The notes under the pieces: model-generated
Told to the model about the DNA's origin: nothing
Database searches by the model: none
What the model saw: the letters and a program-made list of their open reading frames with translations, nothing else
Assembly: GCA_022771765.1 (NCBI GenBank)
Contig: JALELN010000043.1
Coordinates: 1-51,864 of the forward strand
Source: Lachnospiraceae bacterium
GTDB lineage: Bacteria > Bacillota > Clostridia > Lachnospirales > Lachnospiraceae
Direction: 5' to 3'
DNA length: 51,864 nt
Program-made: the position numbers and the translations under genes
Part shown: positions 9,584 through 18,844 of the stretch, one piece after another
Position numbering within the stretch: the first letter of the stretch is position 1
Layout: every line of letters starts with the position of its first letter

Positions 9584-11576
9584 GGCGCTGCTCCCGACGT
9601 TTCGCCCTCTTTTGTCCTGTCAGATTCTTTTTCCCGGACGCTTCTGTCTTTACCGGCTCTTCCTTTACCGGCGCTGTCTTTTCTGACACCGCCTTTTTCG
9701 GCTTTCCCGGTACAGTGACAAGCGCCACAACGCTGCAGCCGTCAATCTGAATCCTGTCATGATCTTCACTGACATGCCCTGTGCCAAAGACAATTCGCCA
9801 CTCGTTTCCGGCAGCTACTCTGGGCAATGCGAGCGACATCCCACTCTGCGAAAAATTCCATCCAATGTAAAAGTCTCCCGTTTCCCCTCTGTAGGCACCA
9901 CAGTATGCCTCTCCAACAGCCTGCATGGACGGATAGATTTCACCGCTCCAGGCCTGTGCATTGTGGTAGGACAGATCCGGCATTCCATAGGACTGATAGT
10001 CTGTCATCTGCATCGGCACCCGGCTACGTATGCATGGGTGCAACTTTCGCAATGCCAGAAGCTCTTTCACATATGAAAAATAATCCTGATTTTTCTCCAG
10101 CTGTTTCCAGTTTACCCAACCGGTCCGGTTATCCTGACAATAGGCATTATTATTTCCGCCCTGTGAATTTCCGAATTCATCTCCGGAAAATATGAGCGGC
10201 ACGCCCTGTGCCAGCACCACAGAGGCAATTGCCAGCCGCATCAGCTGACCGCGCTGCTGCATAATCTTTTTCTTTCGTGAAGGTCCCTCCACACCACAGT
10301 TGACGCTGTAATTCCAGTCATTTCCATCTGCGCCATTCTCGCCGTTTGCCTCGTTATGCTTAGTGACATAACGAAACGTGTCCGCAAGGGTAAATCCATT
10401 GTTATTGGCAAAATAATTCACAAACCCAACCAGAGAATGCTGCTTTTTCTGCTGATTCAGATACTCAATCAGATTCGCGTCCTGATGATTGATCAGCTTA
10501 CGCGACGCATACAAAAAGTCATCATTGTAAACGTATAAATGCGGATAGCTGCATGTCTGCTCCCACGCCTCAGACGGAAAACGCATGGCAAAAATCTTTG
10601 TACGGCGTAATAGCACATCACAGATCACGCTCGCCACCGCCGTATCCGAACAGAGCAGATGAAAACCGTCCACATGATATTCCAAAACCCAGTATCGGAG
10701 CACATCCACAATATAATTAGGATTCACCTGCGCGTCAAAGCTCATCTCCATGATACACTCCAGACCTGCCGCATGGAGAGCGCGGATCATTTCCTTCATC
10801 TCCGCAGAGGCAGATCCACCTGCCGCATAGCTTGCCTTCGGCGCAAAATAATTGCCGCTTCCATACCCCCAGTAATTGATCCCCGGCAGTTCCTTTTCTT
10901 TTTCCTCGTATTCCTTTTGCTGCATCATCTGATAACCGGTCACCGCCTGTGGGGCCCAACCCTCAAAGTCCATCAAATGCTCTTCGTGTTTTGGCGGAAC
11001 CAGTTCCTCAAATTCATACGCCGGCATCAGTTCTACCGTTGTAACACCAAGATCTATCAAATACGGTATTTTTTCTGCAATCGCCGCAAATGTTCCCTTA
11101 TTTCTGCCGGTCACACCGCCATCTTTCGTAAAGCCTCTGACATGCAGCTTGTAAAGTACCATATCCTCACCCGGAATCTCCGGACAATGATCATTTTTCC
11201 AGTCAAATTCTGAAAAATCAAAGCCGCTTCGCACCTCATAATGCGTCTCACGCCGACTGTAATCTCCCCACTTCTCCCTTCCGATAATACGCCTCGCATA
11301 GGGATCCACCACAATATTTCCGTCAATCACATAGTTATAGTCATACTGCGCTGCATTCAGCCCGTCAACACAGACAGAGCGAACTGCTCCTATGCAGAAT
11401 TCTTTGGGTATCGGAATATCCCTATATACACCGGACAGATCCGTACCTTTGCGTTTCTCATAGAGCCTGATCGCGCAATCACTGTCCTTTTCCCCCTCAA
11501 ATGTAAAACAGATCCCGTCCGCAAGTCTGCTTGCTCCGAATCTGCTGTAATTTCCTTCTCGTAACTGTTCTGCCAT
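9576..11576 (-). CDS. GlgX/isoamylase-like GH13 protein with degenerate catalytic motifs
   Basis: DPYA, LHVRGFT, LGVTTVELMP, NYWGY, GDEFGNSQGGNNNAYCQDN; start set at MAEQLR. Confidence 0.85.
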   Translation of the reverse strand: MAEQLREGNYSRFGASRLADGICFTFEGEKDSDCAIRLYEKRKGTDLSGVYRDIPIPKEFCIGAVRSVCVDGLNAAQYDYNYVIDGNIVVDPYARRIIGREKWGDYSRRETHYEVRSGFDFSEFDWKNDHCPEIPGEDMVLYKLHVRGFTKDGGVTGRNKGTFAAIAEKIPYLIDLGVTTVELMPAYEFEELVPPKHEEHLMDFEGWAPQAVTGYQMMQQKEYEEKEKELPGINYWGYGSGNYFAPKASYAAGGSASAEMKEMIRALHAAGLECIMEMSFDAQVNPNYIVDVLRYWVLEYHVDGFHLLCSDTAVASVICDVLLRRTKIFAMRFPSEAWEQTCSYPHLYVYNDDFLYASRKLINHQDANLIEYLNQQKKQHSLVGFVNYFANNNGFTLADTFRYVTKHNEANGENGADGNDWNYSVNCGVEGPSRKKKIMQQRGQLMRLAIASVVLAQGVPLIFSGDEFGNSQGGNNNAYCQDNRTGWVNWKQLEKNQDYFSYVKELLALRKLHPCIRSRVPMQMTDYQSYGMPDLSYHNAQAWSGEIYPSMQAVGEAYCGAYRGETGDFYIGWNFSQSGMSLALPRVAAGNEWRIVFGTGHVSEDHDRIQIDGCSVVALVTVPGKPKKAVSEKTAPVKEEPVKTEASGKKNLTGQKRAKRREQRHG

Positions 11577-11696
11577 TATTTCTTTTCCGCCTTTTTTATG
11601 TGTCCACATGGTAAAATACATAGTTATTTTTATTATACCAGTTTCTATATTATTTGCATACTCTTTTTTCACACACATGTGGGTTGTTTGTTTTCC

Positions 11697-11726
11697 TTGA
11701 CACCAAACCCGTATTTCCCATATAAT
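11697..11726 (+). promoter_or_regulatory. Consensus sigma-A promoter for the DUF1292 gene
   Basis: TTGACA-18nt-TATAAT. Confidence 0.7.
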
Positions 11727-11787
11727 AGCCTTAACATTGACCGGCGCAGCAATCTGCAACAGTCACCGGAATTCAGGAGGAAACCAT

Positions 11788-12111
11788 ATGAATGAGAATG
11801 AGAATTTGACAAACGAATTTGACGACGATCCCGATGATTATCGCGTCACACTTGATCTGGACGACGGCACCTCTGTTGAGTGCGCGATCCTGACTATCCT
11901 TGAGGTAGATGATCAGGACTACATTGTTCTGGTTCCTGTGGACGAGAACGATGAGCCGATCGAGGAGGGCGAAGTTTTCATCTATCGTTACTACGAGGAT
12001 GAGGATGGCAATCCCTCATTGGACAATATCGACAATGACGATGAATTCGACCGGGTGTCCGAGTGTTTCGATGAATTTCTTGATGAACAGGAATTTAACG
12101 AATTGCCATAA
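11788..12111 (+). CDS. DUF1292-domain acidic protein
   Basis: Very acidic; VTL.LDDG, QDYIVLVP, LDNIDNDDEFDRV; AGGAGG RBS before ATG 11788. Confidence 0.85.
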   Translation: MNENENLTNEFDDDPDDYRVTLDLDDGTSVECAILTILEVDDQDYIVLVPVDENDEPIEEGEVFIYRYYEDEDGNPSLDNIDNDDEFDRVSECFDEFLDEQEFNELP

Positions 12112-12127
12112 AATCTAATATCCTTAC

Positions 12128-13978
12128 CTATGTTGCCGCTGCAGCCGGAACTTTCAGTTCGCTTAAAAATCCGGAAGCAGTGGCATCTTTATTGTATAGC
12201 GTTCTACTGTGCGTAAGCACAAGCACATTCTTTGCGCGTGTCATTCCGACATAAAATAATCTGCGCTCCTCTTCAATATCTGCATCCAGCACCGCCTTTT
12301 TGTAAGGCAGCAGTCCATCTAACAGCTGCGGTAAAAACACCGTGTCAAATTCCAACCCTTTCGCTCCATGGAGTGTCAGAATCTGTACACCTTCATGCTC
12401 TGCATCTGCTTTCTTTTGTTCTGCCTGCATGCGCGCGCGGTATTCCTCCACATGTGCCTGCCACTGCGCCAAAGACTGAAAACCTGACGCTGACTGCTGC
12501 AACTCATCCAGCACATCGATCAGTTCCTGTTCGCTCTGCCCATGCTCTCTCGCGAAATCAATTACAAACTCCTCGTATCCCATTCCCTTTCGCACATAAT
12601 TCATTGCTGCAAAGGGGCCCATATGTGACATTACCTGCAGATCCTCAGCCAGCTGGGCAATGCGCCTGGCAATCCACGGCTGTTCCTCATAAACCGCTTC
12701 CCAACTATCCAGATCCACCTGCGGCTCATCCAGCACATCCCGGCTAAGATAACGCACCGGACGGTTCATAATCTGCAAAAACAGTCCCCTCTCACGGCTT
12801 CCCGCCGCCAGCTTCAGGTAGCAGAGCATATCCCGTGCAATCCAATGGTCATACACCAGCGGCACGTGCTCTTTTGCATCAAACGGAATTCCTTCCTCCA
12901 TCAGCTTCTCCAGCAGATATCCGGACTGCCGGTTCGTGCGAAACAATACTGCCATATCGGAAAATGGCACACCCGCTGCTTCCCGCTCCCTGATTTTAGC
13001 AATAATGGCCCGGTTTTCTTTCAGCGTTGACGGGTATTCCTGCATAATAACCGTTCCCGTGACGGAGCGGGCCGCAAAAATTTGCTTTTGAAAACGATTT
13101 TTATTATGTGAAATTAAATTTTGTGAAATTCGTACAATATCCGAACCACAGCGATAATTTTCCTCCAGATACAGCTGTCTGACACCCGGATAATCACTTA
13201 CAAATCGGCGCATTAACTCCGGTCTCGCCCCACGAAACTGATAGATGGACTGATCGTCATCTCCTACCAGAAACAGACAGTCCTGCGGTGCCGCCAGCAT
13301 ACGAAGCACCTCGTACTGCAAGCGGTTCATGTCCTGCACCTCATCCACCAGTATATACTGGAATTTTTCCTGCCACGCCCGCAGGTGATCCGGTCTCTGT
13401 GTCAGCAACTCATAGGTAAGCGTCAGCATGTCATCGAAATCAATGAGACGGTTTTCCCGGAGTTTCTTTTCATAGGCATGAAAAATATCCCGGAACTGTG
13501 CGCTCCCACAACATTTCGCATAGTAATGCTCCAGATCCAGTCGCTCGTTTTTGACCGCACTGATCTCACCCAGCAGTTTTTCCATCAATTCCTGCTCCTC
13601 ATCCTCTCGCAGATGATATCCACTTAATATCTCACGCAAAAAAGAATATTTAAATTCAGGGGAAATAATCTGATTGGGACGATAGTGATAAGCATGCTTC
13701 AAGATAGAAAAGAAAATGGCATGAAAGGTACCAAACTGCACCGGCAGCCTGCGCCCTTCCATCATGGCCTGAAAACGCAAACGCATCTCTCCTGCCGCTG
13801 CCTTTGTAAAAGTAATAACAAGAATGTGTTCCGGCGCAATGTGACAGTCCTCTATCAGATACCGGATTCGTCCGGTAATGACGGCGGTTTTCCCTGATCC
13901 CGGTCCCGCCAGCACAAGTGCAGCGCCCTCCGACTGCGTAACCGCGCGGCGCTGAGACTCACTGAACCTGTAAGACAT
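12128..13978 (-). CDS. UvrD/PcrA-family (SF1) DNA helicase
   Basis: AGPGSGKT, DEVQD, VGDDDQSIY, TLHGAKGLEF, EEERRLFYVGMTRA. Confidence 0.92.
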   Translation of the reverse strand: MSYRFSESQRRAVTQSEGAALVLAGPGSGKTAVITGRIRYLIEDCHIAPEHILVITFTKAAAGEMRLRFQAMMEGRRLPVQFGTFHAIFFSILKHAYHYRPNQIISPEFKYSFLREILSGYHLREDEEQELMEKLLGEISAVKNERLDLEHYYAKCCGSAQFRDIFHAYEKKLRENRLIDFDDMLTLTYELLTQRPDHLRAWQEKFQYILVDEVQDMNRLQYEVLRMLAAPQDCLFLVGDDDQSIYQFRGARPELMRRFVSDYPGVRQLYLEENYRCGSDIVRISQNLISHNKNRFQKQIFAARSVTGTVIMQEYPSTLKENRAIIAKIREREAAGVPFSDMAVLFRTNRQSGYLLEKLMEEGIPFDAKEHVPLVYDHWIARDMLCYLKLAAGSRERGLFLQIMNRPVRYLSRDVLDEPQVDLDSWEAVYEEQPWIARRIAQLAEDLQVMSHMGPFAAMNYVRKGMGYEEFVIDFAREHGQSEQELIDVLDELQQSASGFQSLAQWQAHVEEYRARMQAEQKKADAEHEGVQILTLHGAKGLEFDTVFLPQLLDGLLPYKKAVLDADIEEERRLFYVGMTRAKNVLVLTHSRTLYNKDATASGFLSELKVPAAAAT

Positions 13979-14062
13979 ATTTTTACCCTTTCTGTAACTG
14001 TTCAATACCCTGACAGTTACGATTATATTTAACTACACAAAAACGCTGTCACGTCTTAACAG

Positions 14063-15061
14063 TTAACAGATGCGGGGCAAACCCTCTCCGAACAGAACAT
14101 CCAGAACGCGCTTCCCGCCGATTGAAGTATTTACATAGGCTTCTCCAGACTTCTCATCCGTCACCGCTCCAATGATTGTGGCATTGTTTCCATAAGCGCA
14201 GCTGCTGATCAGTTCACATGCACGTACCGCATCCTCCGGTGCCACAAACGCCACCAGCTTACCCTCGTTTCCCATATACATTGGATCTAACCCCATCAAT
14301 CCGCAGAAATCCCGCACCTGAACATCTATCGGAAGACGGGTCTCATCGAGCGCCATCGTCACCTGGGAAGCCTCCGCCAGTTCCTTTAAAACGGTCCCGA
14401 GACCGCCGCGCGTTATATCCCGCAGACAATGCAGCCGGATTCCCGCCTGTAATAAAGCGCCCACCATCTCACCCAGCGGCGCGCAGTCACTTTCAATCGT
14501 ATTGCTGATCCCCATACGCCGGGATAAAATGGCAGCATGGTGGTCACCAAGATTACCGGACACCAGAATCGCATCCCCGACCCGGCAATTTGAGGCACTG
14601 ATACAGACATTTTCCGGAACAAAGCCCACACCTGCAGTATTGATGATCAGACCGCCGTTTCCCTCCACGACCTTTGTATCACCTGCCACAACCTCTACGC
14701 CCGCCTCCCGCGCAGTGGCTGCCAGTGATTTGACAATGCGCTCCAACAACCCGATATCCAGACCCTCCTGCAGCACAAAACCGCAGGTCAGATATTTGGG
14801 TACTGCGCCCCTCATTAAAAGATCATTGACCGTCCCGCAGACAGACAAGCGCCCGATATCTCCACCCGGGAATTCAAGGGGTTCTACTACAAAGCTATCC
14901 GTCGTAAACGCGATCTTTTCATTTCCGGGCACAACTGCCGCGTCCTCCATGGCATCCAGAACCGGATTTGTAAATGCCTGCGCAAAAATCTCCCGGATCA
15001 GATCATTCGTGGCGCGCCCACCACTGCCGTGCGCCATCGTTATTTTCTTTTCCTGACTCAT
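14063..15061 (-). CDS. hypE: Hydrogenase maturation protein HypE
   Basis: MAHGSGG, TTDSFVV.P, GDTKVV, RDITRGG; C-terminal PRIC. Confidence 0.96.
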   Translation of the reverse strand: MSQEKKITMAHGSGGRATNDLIREIFAQAFTNPVLDAMEDAAVVPGNEKIAFTTDSFVVEPLEFPGGDIGRLSVCGTVNDLLMRGAVPKYLTCGFVLQEGLDIGLLERIVKSLAATAREAGVEVVAGDTKVVEGNGGLIINTAGVGFVPENVCISASNCRVGDAILVSGNLGDHHAAILSRRMGISNTIESDCAPLGEMVGALLQAGIRLHCLRDITRGGLGTVLKELAEASQVTMALDETRLPIDVQVRDFCGLMGLDPMYMGNEGKLVAFVAPEDAVRACELISSCAYGNNATIIGAVTDEKSGEAYVNTSIGGKRVLDVLFGEGLPRIC

Positions 15062-15074
15062 TCTCCACTCTCCT

Positions 15075-16148
15075 TTAGCGTTCCCTGTGATACATGAGAT
15101 ACTGGTGACAGCTCCCCTCCTCGGACACCATGCAGGCACCCTGCGGATTCATCGGCGTACACACTGACTCAAACAACGGACATTCTCCGGGCAGCACCCG
15201 TCCCAGCAGCACACGGTCACAGCAGCATGCCGGATTCTTCTTATGATCCTCCATCAGCTGATCACTTCCCGCGTCAAAGCATGCATACTCAGCCCGCAGC
15301 CGCCTTCCGGAGCCCTCGATCACACCGATCCCCCGCCAGAGCGCGTCACAGGGTTCAAAATATTTCTCTACCAGTTCTTTTGCGCGCTGATTTCCCTGTG
15401 CGCATACCACCGACGGGTAATAATTTTTCACGCTGGGAACTACTCCACGGTCACGGTACTGTACCACGGCATAAAAGACACCATAAACCGCCAGCAAAAG
15501 CTCCTCGGCGCCAAATCCCGCAACGCCGAAAGGTACCCGGTATTTTTCTGCCAAAGGTACAAACAAATCTGCCCCCGTCACAGCCGCCACATGCCCCGGC
15601 GCCAAAAATCCATCGATTCCGCTTCCGTGCTCACACAACCAGCTGATCACCGGCGGCATCGTCTTTAACGCCGTCAAAAGCTGTACATTTGACACCTGCT
15701 CCGCCACCAGCTGTTCTAACAACATCGCATACACCGGCGCTGTTGTCTCAAAACCTACCGCCGCAAACACAAAACGACTCTGGGGATGCTCTTTTGCCAG
15801 ACGCACAATATCCGTTGGAGCATAGACCATCTCCACGCTTGCGCCCTCTCCCTTTGCCTCAGCGAGACTTTTCCTTTGCCCCGGCACACGGATCAGATCT
15901 CCGAATGTCACGACTGTCGTATCCTTTTCCAGCGAAAGAGCGATCAGGCGGTCAATATAACCGGTCGGTGTCACGCAAACCGGACAGCCCGGTCCGCTGA
16001 TCAAATGGAGCTTGTCAGACAACAGTCCACTGATCCCATATTTAGAAATAGCAGCGGTATGACTGCCGCATACCTCCATAATGGAAATATCCGGTCCATC
16101 ATACGCTGCCAGCCATGTTTTAATCTTCGTTATCTGATGATCTGTCAT
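15075..16148 (-). CDS. hypD: Hydrogenase maturation protein HypD
   Basis: MEVCGSHT, GPGCPVC, GFETT, PGHV, GACMVSEEGSC. Confidence 0.96.
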   Translation of the reverse strand: MTDHQITKIKTWLAAYDGPDISIMEVCGSHTAAISKYGISGLLSDKLHLISGPGCPVCVTPTGYIDRLIALSLEKDTTVVTFGDLIRVPGQRKSLAEAKGEGASVEMVYAPTDIVRLAKEHPQSRFVFAAVGFETTAPVYAMLLEQLVAEQVSNVQLLTALKTMPPVISWLCEHGSGIDGFLAPGHVAAVTGADLFVPLAEKYRVPFGVAGFGAEELLLAVYGVFYAVVQYRDRGVVPSVKNYYPSVVCAQGNQRAKELVEKYFEPCDALWRGIGVIEGSGRRLRAEYACFDAGSDQLMEDHKKNPACCCDRVLLGRVLPGECPLFESVCTPMNPQGACMVSEEGSCHQYLMYHRER

Positions 16149-16360
16149 GCCTCTTCTTCTATTTCCTCAAACAGCCTGATCATATCCTGTGCTTCACCCA
16201 CAGATAGTTTTTGCAGGATACACCCTGCATGCACCAGCACATAGTCACCGACCGAAACCGGCACCAATCCCGCGATTGCGCGCACGCGGTTTCCGCTGAA
16301 ATCCACCAGTGCATCTTTTTCATATATTTCAATTACTTTTCCGGGTATCGCTACACACAT
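16145..16360 (-). CDS. hypC: Hydrogenase chaperone HypC
   Basis: MCVAIPG N-terminus; VGDYVLVHAG. Confidence 0.96.
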   Translation of the reverse strand: MCVAIPGKVIEIYEKDALVDFSGNRVRAIAGLVPVSVGDYVLVHAGCILQKLSVGEAQDMIRLFEEIEEEA

Positions 16361-16369
16361 GATCCATAC

Positions 16370-16918
16370 CTACTTCATTTCTATACATTTCTTCGGACAG
16401 CTTGCCGCGCAGAGTCCACATCCTACACATTTCTCCGCATCAAGCTCCCACTTCTTTTCCGCACGCACAACAGTAATTGCCTCCTGCGGACATTTCTTTG
16501 CGCAAAGTGTACAAAATACACACTGCTCCATATTTGAAACCGGCTTACCTCCCGCGGGTGCTGCTGCTTTTTCCTCCACCGTTTTTTGATAAACAGCCTC
16601 TTTTTTCTCTGCTCCCGGTGTCTGGTAACCGGGGTTAATCGTCAGACACTTCTTCGGACACACCTCGGTACAATAACCGCATTGCACACAGTCAAACCGA
16701 TTGATCGTCCACGTTCCGGTTGCACGGTCAACCGTGATTGCACGGGGCGGACAGTTGCGGCTGCAAAGACCGCACATGATGCACTGATCAATGGCAATCT
16801 CCACATGTCCGCGACTTCTCTCAGGATAAACCGCAGGCTTTGCCGGATAAGCTGTTGTCACAGGCTTCGAAAAGAGGTTTTTTAACATCGTCCCTGCAAA
16901 GGGCATAAATTTTGGCAT
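16370..16918 (-). CDS. echF: Ech hydrogenase Fe-S subunit EchF (four CxxCxxCxxxCP motifs)
   Basis: LKNLFSKPVTTAYP..RSRGHV; four ferredoxin motifs; follows echE. Confidence 0.85.
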   Translation of the reverse strand: MPKFMPFAGTMLKNLFSKPVTTAYPAKPAVYPERSRGHVEIAIDQCIMCGLCSRNCPPRAITVDRATGTWTINRFDCVQCGYCTEVCPKKCLTINPGYQTPGAEKKEAVYQKTVEEKAAAPAGGKPVSNMEQCVFCTLCAKKCPQEAITVVRAEKKWELDAEKCVGCGLCAASCPKKCIEMK

Positions 16919-16935
16919 TTTCTCTTCCTCCTTTC

Positions 16936-18018
16936 CTAGCGCTCCGTACAACTGATACAGGGATCAATCGTAAGGATGAGAAGCGGCACATCAGAGAGCT
17001 GACAACCCTTCAAGGTCTTTAACAGTGCCGGGATATTTGCAAAGGTAGGTGTGCGGATACGAATCCGCTCCAAAAATTTTGATCCATTACCTTTTGCATA
17101 ATAAATCGCCTCTCCTCTCGGCTGTTCTACCCGCATGAAATATTCTCCATCGGGATTACCCTTAACAGGCACTGCGATATCCCCCTGCGGGATCTTATCC
17201 ACTGCCTGTCTGATGAGCTGAATAGACTGATACATCTCGCGGATGCGGACATCACACCGCGCAAAAGAATCACAGTCATCACTCGTGATAATATCAAAAT
17301 CAAGTTCACCGTATGCGGCATATCCCAGTTTTCTTGTATCTCTGGCAATGCCGCTTGCCCGCATCATCGGACCTGTTGCTCCCAGATCATGAGCCTCCTC
17401 CGGGGTGAGAACTCCCACACCCTTCAAACGGGTCAGTACCGTATAATCAGTTAAAAAGATATCTGCGATCTTGTGCAGTTCTGCCTCAAAACCATCAAGC
17501 TTTTCGACAAATGCATGCAACATATCAGAAGGCATATCTTTGAGTACGCCGCCCGGCGCATTAACCGAAAAGATCACGCGTCCTCCGGTAGACTCCTCAA
17601 ACATGTCTAAAATCTGCTCGCGCATCCTCCAACACTGATAAAACAGACTCTCAAATCCAAACGCGTCAGCCAGAAGCCCCAGCCACAGCATATGTGAATG
17701 CAAACGACTCATCTCACACCAGATGGTTCGAAGAAAACGGCCTCTTATAGGCACCTCCACATCCATCATATGCTCGATCGTCTCACAATAGGTCATACCG
17801 TGCATAAAGCTGCAGATGCCGCAAGTACGCTCCACAACATACTGCATCTCCTTGAAATCTTTCTTTTTTACCAATGATTCCAAACCTCGGTGCACAAAGC
17901 CGATGGAAGGAATTGCCTCTACAACCCGCTCATCATCCAGTACGAGATCCAGATGAATCGGCTCCGGTAAAACAGGGTGCTGCGGTCCAAAGGGAACCAC
18001 ACTTTTTTTGCTTGCCAT
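16936..18018 (-). CDS. echE: Ech [NiFe]-hydrogenase large subunit (group 4)
   Basis: GPQHPVLPEP, ERTCGICS, C-terminal DPCISCTER. Confidence 0.95.
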   Translation of the reverse strand: MASKKSVVPFGPQHPVLPEPIHLDLVLDDERVVEAIPSIGFVHRGLESLVKKKDFKEMQYVVERTCGICSFMHGMTYCETIEHMMDVEVPIRGRFLRTIWCEMSRLHSHMLWLGLLADAFGFESLFYQCWRMREQILDMFEESTGGRVIFSVNAPGGVLKDMPSDMLHAFVEKLDGFEAELHKIADIFLTDYTVLTRLKGVGVLTPEEAHDLGATGPMMRASGIARDTRKLGYAAYGELDFDIITSDDCDSFARCDVRIREMYQSIQLIRQAVDKIPQGDIAVPVKGNPDGEYFMRVEQPRGEAIYYAKGNGSKFLERIRIRTPTFANIPALLKTLKGCQLSDVPLLILTIDPCISCTER

Positions 18019-18033
18019 AATCACTTGAACCTC

Positions 18034-18381
18034 CTACAGTTTTTTCATGGGCGTCGTATCGTTGATCCGGTACAGCTTATCATGATAATCCACGGAAATC
18101 ATCCGAATCTTCACGCCAAACAGCTCTGCCATCTCATTTTCATAGAGAAATGCCGCCTGATAAATATTTGTAATCGTGGGAACCTCTTCTGCCTCATCAA
18201 TGACCAGCCGAAGAGTGATCCACTCATAATCTCTTCCGAAGGTGTAACTCAGCTCATAGCCGTTTTCGATGCTCACGGCATGTGCCTGCATGAGACGGTA
18301 ATTTTCATTTTTGATCTCCATGACCTTCATTAAAAACTCACCGGTTGTAACCGGTATAATCTCACATCCTGTATCTGCCAT
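18034..18381 (-). CDS. echD: Ech hydrogenase subunit D (NuoC-like)
   Basis: ELSYTF, AFLYENEMAELFGV; position in operon. Confidence 0.88.
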   Translation of the reverse strand: MADTGCEIIPVTTGEFLMKVMEIKNENYRLMQAHAVSIENGYELSYTFGRDYEWITLRLVIDEAEEVPTITNIYQAAFLYENEMAELFGVKIRMISVDYHDKLYRINDTTPMKKL

Positions 18382-18395
18382 CCTGCGCCACCTCC

Positions 18396-18833
18396 CTATT
18401 TCTTTTCACTTTTCATTTCCTCGTGCTTTTTCTGGAACAACGCCACTGCCTGTACGATACCATCAATGATAGATTGCGGTCTCGCTGCACAACCCGGAAC
18501 GTAAATATCAACCGGGATGACGGTGTCAGCACCTCCCCTGATATTATAACACTCCTTAAACACGCCTCCGGTACATGCACATGTTCCCACTGCGCACACA
18601 ACCTTTGGATTTGGCATCTGGTTGTAAATCTGCTCGACAACCGATGCATTCTGCGAATTGATACCGCCAGTAATAAGCAGGATATCCGCATGCATGGGAT
18701 TTCCGGTATTTACCACACCAAAGCGCTCTGCATCATAAACAGGTGTCAGACACGCCAGAACTTCTATATCACACCCGTTGCAGCTGCTACCGTCATAATG
18801 AAGCAGCCAGGGTGATCTGGATACATTTGCCAT
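18396..18833 (-). CDS. echC: Ech hydrogenase small subunit
   Basis: SCNGCDIE, GTCACTGG, DIYVPGC. Confidence 0.93.
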   Translation of the reverse strand: MANVSRSPWLLHYDGSSCNGCDIEVLACLTPVYDAERFGVVNTGNPMHADILLITGGINSQNASVVEQIYNQMPNPKVVCAVGTCACTGGVFKECYNIRGGADTVIPVDIYVPGCAARPQSIIDGIVQAVALFQKKHEEMKSEKK

Positions 18834-18844
18834 TGTTTTCCCTC

